A DNA stretch of 63,790 bases, filler included, from Thraustochytrium aureum (Eukaryota): NCBI GenBank assembly GCA_012862495.1. It is 5 parts of 5 records of this genome, joined end to end, with 100 filler letters (N's around TTAATTAATTAA, not from the genome) between each part and the next. Parts side by side here need not be neighbours in the genome. Positions count along the whole stretch, not along the records: positions 25,647 to 39,656 come from BLSG01000413.1; positions 39,757 to 57,277 come from BLSG01000414.1; 3 more parts are not named here. One strand, given 5' to 3'. Each line of letters begins with the position of its first letter. Position 1 is the stretch's first letter. This document shows, one piece after another, positions 36,125-45,882 of the stretch. The notes beneath the pieces are model-generated. The model made no database searches and was not told the DNA's origin. It saw only the letters and a program-made list of their open reading frames with translations. A program made the translations under genes and the position numbers.

Positions 36125-36921
36125 CCCGGTCCGCGTCAGCTTCGGCAACCAACTCGCAGATGCTCGCTAACGAGACGCTCGAGGCGCCGCTTCAACAGCG
36201 CCGAATCAAGTCGACCAGCGGGACGCGCAGCCCTGGCGCGCGGCTTATCGGCAGCTAAACCCAGCAGACAATCGACCCAGAGAACCAGCAATCAGCAATC
36301 GGCGCGGCGCCCACCACCGCGTTTGTTGGTTGGAGGTCTGCTCGTCTCTCGTCTTGATTGATCAATCAAATGAAAATCAACCGAAAAAAAAAGGCACTTT
36401 ACCGAACAATTCCTCAATGTACGACGCGTTTTACTGCCTTGAATACGTTCAAATTCGTGCGTAGAGTTCACGGAGCGAGCGGATTTGGCCAGGGAAATGT
36501 CCGTGTGCCAGGAACAGAGCCCTCGCGAGATCATCGTGGCGGTGTTGTTGTTGATGATCGATGGGACGTCGTGGGACTCGTTGCTGCCGAGATGGCCAGT
36601 CCCGCGAGTCATGACGTCCTCCATTTCGCAACGGTTTATACAACCACAGTGTCCTGGTCTGCCCTTGCCGCTTTGCGAGGCCGAAGCCGCATGGAGAGGC
36701 CAAGGCTGCCTGCCGAGCCTGCCGCTCGCTCCCAACTCCACGATTGTCGGTTGGCGAACGCGTAGGTGGGCCAAGGCAGAGCGCATGTTGAGCGCAAGAT
36801 GAAGTCAATGAAGCGTAGCAATCTGTGTACTCTCATTGGTGTTCGCTGCTAGTTTTTTATGGTCTGGGGTGGCAGCGGAACAGCTACGGTTCGCTTTGCG
36901 CATGGCTTAGGGTCGTTCGCT

Positions 36922-37794
36922 TCAGATGCTCTTGCCGCCCTTGCCGCCCTTGCCACCCTTGCCGCCCTTGCCACCCTTGCCACCCTTGCCGCCCTTGCCG
37001 CCCTTGTCGGGGCACACGGGAAGGACGTTCTCGTTGGTCGTGATGCACTCCTTGAAAGCAACCTGGCAATCGCGGTCGCCCTTTTCGCAACGGTCACAGT
37101 TCTCGCTGACAGCCTCCTGGCACGCAACCTTCTCAGCAAACGACGCTTTGCACTCGACAGAGATGTCGGTGCTATTGGCAGAAATGACACAGATTTTCAG
37201 GCAATCGAGGTCCGGCTTGCCGCCGTTCTCCACGGGCGCGCACTCCGTGCATGCGGATGCAATCTCACGCTTGCAGCCGTCGTTTGGCTTGCCGCCGTGG
37301 TGGTCTTCCTCGTCGTCCTCGTTGTCCTCATCGTCAGAAACTTGGTCGTCATCTTCTTCGTCATCACTTTCACTGGGGCGACCCGGACGGTTGGGACGGC
37401 CCGGACGGCCGCCGAGGTTGCGGCCGGGGTGCTCGGGGCAGGCGGCGTCCACAACCTCGCTGCCTGCAATGCATTCGCGGCGAGCCGAGCGGCAGGTTTG
37501 GTCGCCCTTCTCGCAGCGCCCGCACTCGGTATTGACGGCGGCAATGCAATCAAAGCTGGCTTTGCATTCCGCGGAAATCGTCGTCGTATCGGGGTCTTCT
37601 ACACAGCTCACCACGCAGGCGAAGTCCATGTGCTTCTTCTCCTCCGAAGCGCACGCAGGCGAGCAGGCCGCGAAGATCTCCGCTCGGCATCCGTCCCCGG
37701 GCTTGGCACCGCCATGCTTGCCGCTGCGGAGCTGCCTGGCGTCCGCGGAGAGCACGAGCCCGGCAAGGGCGAGGGAGACGATCGAGACCTTCAT
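36922..37794 (-). CDS. Secreted protein with two 12-Cys repeats, RXL motifs, an acidic linker and a (GGK)8 tail
   Basis: Signal peptide MKVSIVSLALAGLVLSADA, two aligned repeats each with 12 Cys, a CA-rich 5' leader, and a 9-bp tandem repeat at 36931-37002 encoding GGK with synonymous variation. Confidence 0.88.
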   Translation of the reverse strand: MKVSIVSLALAGLVLSADARQLRSGKHGGAKPGDGCRAEIFAACSPACASEEKKHMDFACVVSCVEDPDTTTISAECKASFDCIAAVNTECGRCEKGDQTCRSARRECIAGSEVVDAACPEHPGRNLGGRPGRPNRPGRPSESDDEEDDDQVSDDEDNEDDEEDHHGGKPNDGCKREIASACTECAPVENGGKPDLDCLKICVISANSTDISVECKASFAEKVACQEAVSENCDRCEKGDRDCQVAFKECITTNENVLPVCPDKGGKGGKGGKGGKGGKGGKGGKGGKSI

Positions 37795-39353
37795 CTTGGC
37801 TTTGTGGGGGGCTTGAAGTTGTTTCTTGCTGCTGTTGGCTGTGCTGCTTGTTGTGCTTGCTGTTGCTCTTGTCTGCTGCTGCTGTGTTGCTGCTTGCTCG
37901 TTTGGGGTCTGCTGTCCAATCGAGCTTGGCTTCTTGCGCGAGAAATGGGCAAGCAGGTCCCAGGTGCGTTTCGTCTGAACTCCAGCTGGTACGAATGAAC
38001 GGCGGAGGCAGCAACAGGGGCCGCGGCCGATCTGTCTCTATTCCTCCCGGTGGTTTCGGCGTGGCCGCTCGGAGGTAGGAAGACCTACCCACGCAACCGC
38101 CAGCAGGCAACCAAAGCAGCTCTTGCTGGTCCTCCGCGGCACATGGTCTCCATGAATAGCAAAAGTAGTGTCCCACGTCGTTCCCACCAGGCCGGCTCCC
38201 GGCACGCTCACTCCCACCGCCTTCCAGACACATCACCAAAGGCGTGCCAATTGCGTGCAGGCAGGCATCCGAGGGCCATCAAGTCATCCACGGCACTGCA
38301 CAATGTGCACGATGCAACGCCCATTTACTCGGCGCGGCGGAGTTGGACTGACAAACCGAGGGAGGGATCAATCCATCCGCCCATCCGCCCATCCGCCCAT
38401 CCTTGATCGCTTGATGCACTTGCTTCTTTCGAGCTGTTGCTGGTGCAGCTGGCCTTGCCGCGTCGGTTTCCGCACGCCGCGTCGGTCTCTGCGCATAGGT
38501 TCAGCAGCGCGGCAGCTCCGACCTCGTGTGCGCTTCCTACCTCCATAGTTCCGGTGACGACCCCCCGTTGGACCGACCAGCACAGCTCGCAGCTCGCTCA
38601 AGAATGATGAATCCTCGCACCGCCGGATGCAGACGAAACGCTTGGCTGCGCACGGTGCTCGCCGCGGTTGCGCAAGCGCGCCCGACGTGGTGCCCTCAGC
38701 GGACGATGGTTTCGTGGTGACATGAATGCACGTCTTGCTCGAGGCTCGGCAGCTCCCTTCGCTATTGGACCCAGGGAGCACGAGCAGGCCAGTCCACCAG
38801 AAGACCCTTTCGGAGGCAGGCCCCCGGCGTGTCTGAGGGCGCCTTCACGACGCAACCGAGGAGGAATGGCGCGCTCTCGGCGAGCCGAGCCGCCTCGACA
38901 TCCATGCGCTCACGAGTACATAGCTCGGGAGGTCCACATCGAGCGCCTTGCGAGACGCTGCAGCGCGTCGATGGCAGACGCCTCTCTGTGGACATAGAAG
39001 GCTATGCCCTCTAGTAGAGCGAGCTGGCTCGCGCGAGACAGAGACAGAGCCCCGCGCCAAGCCCGCCAGGCGCCAAGTCAAGGTCGATCGAGCATCGAGT
39101 CCGAGTCGCTCGTCGCGGTGCACCAGTGGTAATTCGAGGGCGAAAAGTCAAAGCTCGAATGAACGTGAAAGAAGATACAATGCTGTTTCCGAGATGAGCA
39201 GGCCGACAAAATGTGGACTTGATGGTGCCCCTCGTTCGAGCCAAGCAGTTTCTGACGCAGCAGAATGCGAACGCAGCACGGGAGCGAGCACGAGGCGGCG
39301 TGGCTGCGGCGCAGCGTGGCTGCGGCAACGGAGCGAGTGAGCGAGAGGGCAAG

Positions 39354-39656
39354 ATGGCGGAGCGCCCGACGAAGGTCATGATCTCGTACGAGCGCGAGTC
39401 TGCCGTGCACGGTCGGCCGACCACGGTGTTCGTCGACGAGGCCGCGGCGTGGATGAAGCGCGAGAAAGGCTGGGAGGTCTGGTTCGACCGCCAAGACATA
39501 CACGCTGGCAGTAATATCGATGAGGCCATGGCTGACGCGATTGACGGCGCTGACGTCGTCGTGGTACTGCTCACTGACGAGTACGGTCGAAAAGTCGTTG
39601 ACGGCGCGCCAGGCGACAGCTGCACGCTTGAGTTTACGTATGCGGCGACCAACGGG
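39354..39656 (+). CDS. TIR-domain (TIR_2 type) protein, 3' end truncated by scaffold end
   Basis: KVMISY, GWEVWFDRQDIHAGSNIDEAMADAIDGADVVVVLLTDEY and SCTLEFTYA follow the TIR beta/alpha pattern, including the conserved Glu. Confidence 0.85.
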
Positions 39657-39756
39657 NNNNNNNNNNNNNNNNNNNNNNNNNNNNNNNNNNNNNNNNNNNN
39701 TTAATTAATTAANNNNNNNNNNNNNNNNNNNNNNNNNNNNNNNNNNNNNNNNNNNN
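39657..39756. other. Artificial scaffold-joining spacer
   Basis: N44-TTAATTAATTAA-N44. Confidence 0.95.
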
Positions 39757-41341
39757 GCTAGGCCCCGTGGAGCGCTTGCGGAAGGACATGATCTTCTTGA
39801 GGCTGGCGTGCTTCTCGCGGAAGGAGGCCGACTTTTTGGGCATTGTGGCGGCCGAGTTCTTCTTGAGCGAGTTGTTGCGCTTGAGCGAGGCGTTGCGCTT
39901 GAGCGAGCCGAACTGGCCCGAGCCCGCAGAGCTGCGGCTCGTCGCGAAGACGAGGTGGTCGTTGAAGACGTAGAGGATCTCGGGGAGCGGCTCTGGGTTT
40001 TGGTCGAACGGCGGGTGGCGCACGAGGACCTCGCACTTGTCCAGGAAGCGGCGGTGCGGGCTGACCAGGTCGGGCACGGCCTGCTCGCCGCCGAGCTCGG
40101 CGTAAATCTCCATCATGCGCTCGAGAGACTCCTGCTCGCCCACCTTGGCGTTGACCGACTTGGCGATCCGGTCGACCGTGTCGAGCGCCTTCTCCAGCTC
40201 CATGACCAGGTTTTCGAGGGCCTCCATGTCCGCGCCGGCCGCGACCTGCTCGGACACGTAGGGGATGATGGCCTTGAGGAGGCTCTTGAAGAGGAGGGGG
40301 TACTTGCAGATGCGCTGCACGGGCTTGATGAGCAGGCTCTGGAGCGTGGTCTCGCTCCGCTCCTCGCGGGACTTGAGCAGCTGGTTGAGCTCCTTGTTGC
40401 GCGTGCGCGCGATGAGCAGCTTGTCGATGGCCACCGGGTACTGGTGGCAGTAGAGCGAGTACATTTTGAAGAACGGCATCACGCGCACGAACGCCGGCGT
40501 GAAGACGCGCACGACGTCGGTGATGTTCGGCTCGTCCTTGTTCCGCAGCAGCTTTTTCAGCCCGCTTTGGATCACGCCGAGCAGCTCGGTGTTGACCTTG
40601 ACCAGCGTCTCCACGTTGAGGAAAATGTCGCGGATCTCGCTCGGCTCGAGCACGGGGCGCGAGTCGCTGCTGAGGCGCGAGCAGGCCAAGCGCGGCGTGC
40701 GGTGCTCGCAAAAGGTCGAGCCGTCGCGGCGGTCCTTGCAGCGCACGCGGCGCACCGTGCGGCGCAGCGGAATCATGTAGTCCCCGATGAGCGTGCGGAG
40801 GTCCGACACATAGCTCTTTTCGGTGTCGAAGATCTCGCGGAGCACCGAGGCGCACCCGCGCTCCGTCTCGCGCTCCGACTTTTCCAAGCGCTGGAACATG
40901 CTGACGAGCTGGTCGGCCACCTCGCGCGCGGCGGCCGCGTCTTCGTCCTCCTCCTCGGCCTCGCCGTGCCTGGCCCCTGACCCCGCCGTCTGCTTGGCGC
41001 TCGACTTGTACATTTTCTCGAGTTCGCCGAGCGAGATGATCGTGGAGCCGAATGACCGCGTGCGCTGCATCTTCTTCTTGGCCCACGACCGCTGCCCGTC
41101 TCCCCGTGCCCAGCCGCCTTGGCCTGCTCTGCGCTCTCCACCTGCGCGCTGACCTTAAAGTTGCGGACGAACTTGACCTCCACCGGGCGGGGGCAGCTCT
41201 TGATCACCTCGACGCAGTCGCGCCAGTTCATCTCGAGGTCGATTGTGCGGTCGTTGATGCTGGCCACGCGGTCGCCCACCTCCACGCCGCCAACACTGGC
41301 CATCGAGTCGTCCGCGACCTTGCCGACGATGACGCCGAGGC
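39757..41341 (-). CDS. RhoGEF with PDZ, DH and PH domains; partial at both ends, frameshift in the G-run at 41102-41105
   Basis: PDZ: GVIVGKV..GVEVGDRVASIND..VEVIKSCPRPVEVKF. DH: EIFDTEKSYVSDL..IFLNVETL..LLIKPVQRICKYPLLF. PH start: RRFLDKCEV..LYVFNDHLVF. Confidence 0.9.
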
Positions 41342-42359
41342 NNNNNNNNNNNNNNNNNNNNNNNNNNNNNNNNNNNNNNNNNNNNNNNNNNNNNNNNNNN
41401 NNNNNNNNNNNNNNNNNNNNNNNNNNNNNNNNNNNNNNNNNNNNNNNNNNNNNNNNNNNNNNNNNNNNNNNNNNNNNNNNNNNNNNNNNNNNNNNNNNNN
41501 NNNNNNNNNNNNNNNNNNNNNNNNNNNNNNNNNNNNNNNNNNNNNNNNNNNNNNNNNNNNNNNNNNNNNNNNNNNNNNNNNNNNNNNNNNNNNNNNNNNN
41601 NNNNNNNNNNNNNNNNNNNNNNNNNNNNNNNNNNNNNNNNNNNNNNNNNNNNNNNNNNNNNNNNNNNNNNNNNNNNNNNNNNNNNNNNNNNNNNNNNNNN
41701 NNNNNNNNNNNNNNNNNNNNNNNNNNNNNNNNNNNNNNNNNNNNNNNNNNNNNNNNNNNNNNNNNNNNNNNNNNNNNNNNNNNNNNNNNNNNNNNNNNNN
41801 NNNNNNNNNNNNNNNNNNNNNNNNNNNNNNNNNNNNNNNNNNNNNNNNNNNNNNNNNNNNNNNNNNNNNNNNNNNNNNNNNNNNNNNNNNNNNNNNNNNN
41901 NNNNNNNNNNNNNNNNNNNNNNNNNNNNNNNNNNNNNNNNNNNNNNNNNNNNNNNNNNNNNNNNNNNNNNNNNNNNNNNNNNNNNNNNNNNNNNNNNNNN
42001 NNNNNNNNNNNNNNNNNNNNNNNNNNNNNNNNNNNNNNNNNNNNNNNNNNNNNNNNNNNNNNNNNNNNNNNNNNNNNNNNNNNNNNNNNNNNNNNNNNNN
42101 NNNNNNNNNNNNNNNNNNNNNNNNNNNNNNNNNNNNNNNNNNNNNNNNNNNNNNNNNNNNNNNNNNNNNNNNNNNNNNNNNNNNNNNNNNNNNNNNNNNN
42201 NNNNNNNNNNNNNNNNNNNNNNNNNNNNNNNNNNNNNNNNNNNNNNNNNNNNNNNNNNNNNNNNNNNNNNNNNNNNNNNNNNNNNNNNNNNNNNNNNNNN
42301 NNNNNNNNNNNNNNNAGCTCCGAACGTGTGGGCGGCTTGCACCGTCGTCTGCTTGAACG

Positions 42360-45209
42360 ATGCCGACCCGCTCGAGGCGCGCTGATGAGCTTGAGCGTGA
42401 GGGGGCGCAGCAGGACCAGATCGAACTGCCGGTCTTGGCGGCACCTAACGCAGAAGCGCTCGGCAGGTCGACCGAGAGCGCGCTTGGGGCCGCGGACGCG
42501 ATCGAGGTCAGCAGCGACGTCGGAGACGCAGGAAGCGATATCGGCCTCCCAGACGTGCGCCTCGACTTTCTAGAACAAACCGGCGCCGGCCCAGTGCGAG
42601 GCAGGGAAGGCCCCAGGTCACCCCTGAGCCCGCACCGCGCACAGAGCGCGCCAAAGCCGAGGCGAAAGGTCTTTGGTGGGAGCAAGCGGCTCCCTCGTGC
42701 GAGCACCTCGTCTTCTGGGTCCTCGCGAGGTGATGAGGGTTCCCCGAGGAACGGGGGCCGTCGGCGCGGCAGAACAGCGTCTTCGAACGAGAGCGCGTCC
42801 TCCAAGTCCAGCTGGGGATCCATTTTGTCGAGCAACATGCATCGCGTGCACAGCATCAGCGGCCTGTTCTCGACCCGAAGTGCGCGCGGGTCCCGATCCG
42901 AGTACTCTGACGACGACGACGACGACGACGTGTCCACGGACAGCGAAGTGGGGTGGGCCAAGCGCTTGTTGCTTCGCGACAGGTGGTTCTTCCAAAGCTC
43001 TGGCGAGCTTGCGATCGACCAGGTTGGAACGAGGTCAACGCTCCGCGAAATATTTTCGCTCTACACAGACGATTGGTTCCACCGCGTGCTGACCCAGCAC
43101 ACCGCTGTTGTGTTGCTCGGGGTCGCTGTCATGTACACGGTCTACCTGCTGTTGTTTGCCGCGATTTACTGGGCCATCCGCGACCCCGAATCGCCGACTT
43201 GCGCGCTGAGTCCGTCGAGTGACGTCATGGCGTTCCAAATGGCCTTCGCGTTTGCGCTCGAGACCGCCGCGACGTCCGGCTACGGGCTGCCCGACGACGC
43301 CAACACCTCGTTCTGGCGCGATTGCGTGCGAGTGCCGGTAGTCGTGTGGTTCCAGAGCTGGGTGGCGATTATTCTCAATGCGGTCACAATCGGCATAGTC
43401 TACATGCGCATCGGCCGCGCAGACGCGCGGTCGCACCAGGTAATCTTCACGGACAAGGCCTGCATCACCTACACGGACGGCCAGTTCCACTTGTCGTTCC
43501 AGGTGTACGACTTGGACGTGGGGCAGCCCATCGTCGAGGCGCATGTGCGGACCTACGTTGTGCTCAACGAGACGGACGGCGTCTCGACCGTCAACTTCCA
43601 GACGCGCTACATGCGTTTGCAAAACCCGAACGACGAGCTGGGCTCCGACCTGTTCCTCAGCGTCCCGTGCACTGTCGTGCACGCGATCGACCAGTGGAGC
43701 CCGCTCTTGCCGCCCTCCATGCGGCGCGAGCACTGGGTTGCACACGACGACAACTTTGTTCACAATGCAGCAAATCGCTACCAGTACCCCCACATGGTGC
43801 TTCGCGAAGCAGACCTCCTTAGCGGCAGCCGCGGCGGTGCTGCGTGCCCGGTGTGCGGCCTCGACTTCGCCACCGATGAGCACCTCATGCGCCACATACG
43901 GTACCAGCAGTACATGGAAACGGTCTACTTCGAGGACGACGAGGACGAGGACGCGGACGGGGCGCCAAGCGGCCAACAGAGCAAGGCGGGGGGGGCTGCT
44001 TCGCAAGGTGACGCCGACACCGACGATGGCGACGACGACGACGACGACGAAGACGGCACCCCGGGCGGCCATGGTGCTGCCCCTCCTCCAGGCACCCACG
44101 AGAGCTCATCCAACGCCCCAAACCCAGTCGCGAGCGCGAAATCGAGTGCCGATCCCGATGCTGACAGTGGCGAGCAAACAGATAGCGCCGAGGACTTTGA
44201 CGAAGCTCTCACAAGCGCTGCAGCGCTGGCGGCCGCCTCACTGGCCGCCTCACGGGCTGCAGAGGCGGAAAATCCGCAGGCCGCTCAAGACAAAGAACAA
44301 GCCTCAGAGGAACCGCTCGACAGCCACACGAGTGCCTCCAGCGACGCCAAGATCCACCAGTCCGTTTTTCCCCACGCGGGATCGCAATCCGTTACAAGCG
44401 GATACCACGCGGAAGAGGACAGCATAAAGCGCATCAAGTCTGCGGCGCCCCGTCTCAACCGGCGCGAAAGCAGCTTCCACAGCCAACACAGCATTCGCAG
44501 CATGCACTCTCACCACAGCCGCCACAGCGAGTACTACAATACCATTAGGTACGTGAACTCGCAAAAGCGGCTCGAGCAAGTGTACCTGAACGAAATCAAG
44601 CGTGGCGGGTCCAAGAAAATTCACCACTACACCACGGTCCGTGCTGGGCGGGTTGCGCCCACAATCGACAAGCAACTCAAGGACCTCGCAGATCTCAGCC
44701 GCCTCGTTGGCCATGCCGGGATCGATATGGATGGCCTCGTCACGCACGACAGGGTCATCACGCAGGCCGAGCGAATCCGCGAGGAAGAGCAACTTCGCGA
44801 GCGCGAGCGCGAGCGAGAGCGACGCCTTCTCTCTGCCCGAGCTGGGGAGGACGCCGAGGAAACGGGCTCGCACGCTGGTGAACCGAGCAGAGCGGGCAGC
44901 AGCTTTCATCGCAAATCCAAAGTCGTCGAGGACGTGCGCCACAAGCTTCGCAACTTTATCGACGCCAGTGAGCTGGAGATCGTCGTTATTGTCGAGGGCA
45001 TAGAACCTTCTTCCTCGATGACCTTTCAGGCGCGCCACTCATACACCAAGGACGACATCGTCTTTGACCACTGGTTCGCGCAGTGTTTCGGCCGCGACGA
45101 AGCCTCCCGTCGCGTGGTCATGAACCTCGACAAGTTCCACGAGACTGTTCCAATCCCGACCGACGAGGACGACCTGCCCATGCCGTTTCCCGTCCAGTCC
45201 GTTTTGTGA
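42360..45209 (+). CDS. Inward-rectifier potassium channel (Kir) with a large cytoplasmic insertion
   Basis: Slide helix DWFHRVL, M1, pore ETAATSGYG flanked by two Cys, M2, IFTDKACI, IVEAHVR, VVHAIDQWSPL, then EIVVIVEGIE..TFQARHSY..DI..DHWF and DKFH. Confidence 0.92.
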   Translation: MPTRSRRADELEREGAQQDQIELPVLAAPNAEALGRSTESALGAADAIEVSSDVGDAGSDIGLPDVRLDFLEQTGAGPVRGREGPRSPLSPHRAQSAPKPRRKVFGGSKRLPRASTSSSGSSRGDEGSPRNGGRRRGRTASSNESASSKSSWGSILSSNMHRVHSISGLFSTRSARGSRSEYSDDDDDDDVSTDSEVGWAKRLLLRDRWFFQSSGELAIDQVGTRSTLREIFSLYTDDWFHRVLTQHTAVVLLGVAVMYTVYLLLFAAIYWAIRDPESPTCALSPSSDVMAFQMAFAFALETAATSGYGLPDDANTSFWRDCVRVPVVVWFQSWVAIILNAVTIGIVYMRIGRADARSHQVIFTDKACITYTDGQFHLSFQVYDLDVGQPIVEAHVRTYVVLNETDGVSTVNFQTRYMRLQNPNDELGSDLFLSVPCTVVHAIDQWSPLLPPSMRREHWVAHDDNFVHNAANRYQYPHMVLREADLLSGSRGGAACPVCGLDFATDEHLMRHIRYQQYMETVYFEDDEDEDADGAPSGQQSKAGGAASQGDADTDDGDDDDDDEDGTPGGHGAAPPPGTHESSSNAPNPVASAKSSADPDADSGEQTDSAEDFDEALTSAAALAAASLAASRAAEAENPQAAQDKEQASEEPLDSHTSASSDAKIHQSVFPHAGSQSVTSGYHAEEDSIKRIKSAAPRLNRRESSFHSQHSIRSMHSHHSRHSEYYNTIRYVNSQKRLEQVYLNEIKRGGSKKIHHYTTVRAGRVAPTIDKQLKDLADLSRLVGHAGIDMDGLVTHDRVITQAERIREEEQLRERERERERRLLSARAGEDAEETGSHAGEPSRAGSSFHRKSKVVEDVRHKLRNFIDASELEIVVIVEGIEPSSSMTFQARHSYTKDDIVFDHWFAQCFGRDEASRRVVMNLDKFHETVPIPTDEDDLPMPFPVQSVL

Positions 45210-45802
45210 CCTTCTGCTCCAACAGCACCGTCAAACTAACGATCAAAAGTNNNNNNNNNNNNNNNNNNNNNNNNNNNNNNNNNNNNNNNNNNNNNNNNNN
45301 NNNNNNNNNNNNNNNNNNNNNNNNNNNNNNNNNNNNNNNNNNNNNNNNNNNNNNNNNNNNNNNNNNNNNNNNNNNNNNNNNNNNNNNNNNNNNNNNNNNN
45401 NNNNNNNNNNNNNNNNNNNNNNNNCTAACGATCAAAAGTCAAACATTGGCGAGCGCGGCTCGCGCCCAGCGCGGCTCGGCCCGCGTCCGCGAGGACAGCA
45501 ATGCGAAGCACCGGCGACGAGGCGGCCATCCGCCAAAAATTGCGATGTGTCCCCAGCCAGGGGGCAGGGGGTAGATGCGCGGCTGTCCTCGAGTACCCCT
45601 GTCATACACGGGAACAAGTACTCAATCCAGCTCGTGCGTGGTGTCTGTCCCAGGTGAACTCCTTGCAGAGGGTTTAGTTGGGTTAGGTCAGTCAAGTACT
45701 CACTCTACTCTCAACTCTCTACTCCTCCAGTAACAGGGTTTCGACCCCAGAGTGACTCTGACACAGTCGTTGCCTCCGAGCAGACGCAGAGCAGAACAGC
45801 TT

Positions 45803-45836
45803 GCGTGCGTGCGTGCGTGCGTGCGTGCGAGCGTGC
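45803..45836. repeat. (GCGT)n tetranucleotide microsatellite upstream of the F-box gene
   Basis: Read directly from the sequence. Confidence 0.85.
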
Positions 45837-45882
45837 GAGTGCGAAAGGGAAGCGGCTTGCGGCTCTCGCGAGCGCTGGCAAC

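Noticed and set aside
36640..36790. IVELGA..G on the minus strand as a SAM-methyltransferase motif I remnant
   Set aside because: Only a few residues match, the downstream motifs need frameshifts and hit stops, and there is no sustained similarity.
36859..37998. Long antisense or overlapping ORFs (36859-37998 +, 39808-40980 +, 19002-20279 + and similar)
   Set aside because: Shadow frames expected from GC-rich codon bias and repeats opposite real genes; no domain motifs.
39354..45209. TIR, RhoGEF and Kir genes as a signalling or defence gene cluster
   Set aside because: The TIR gene is separated from the others by an artificial spacer, so the adjacency is not real. The same applies to the PDE.
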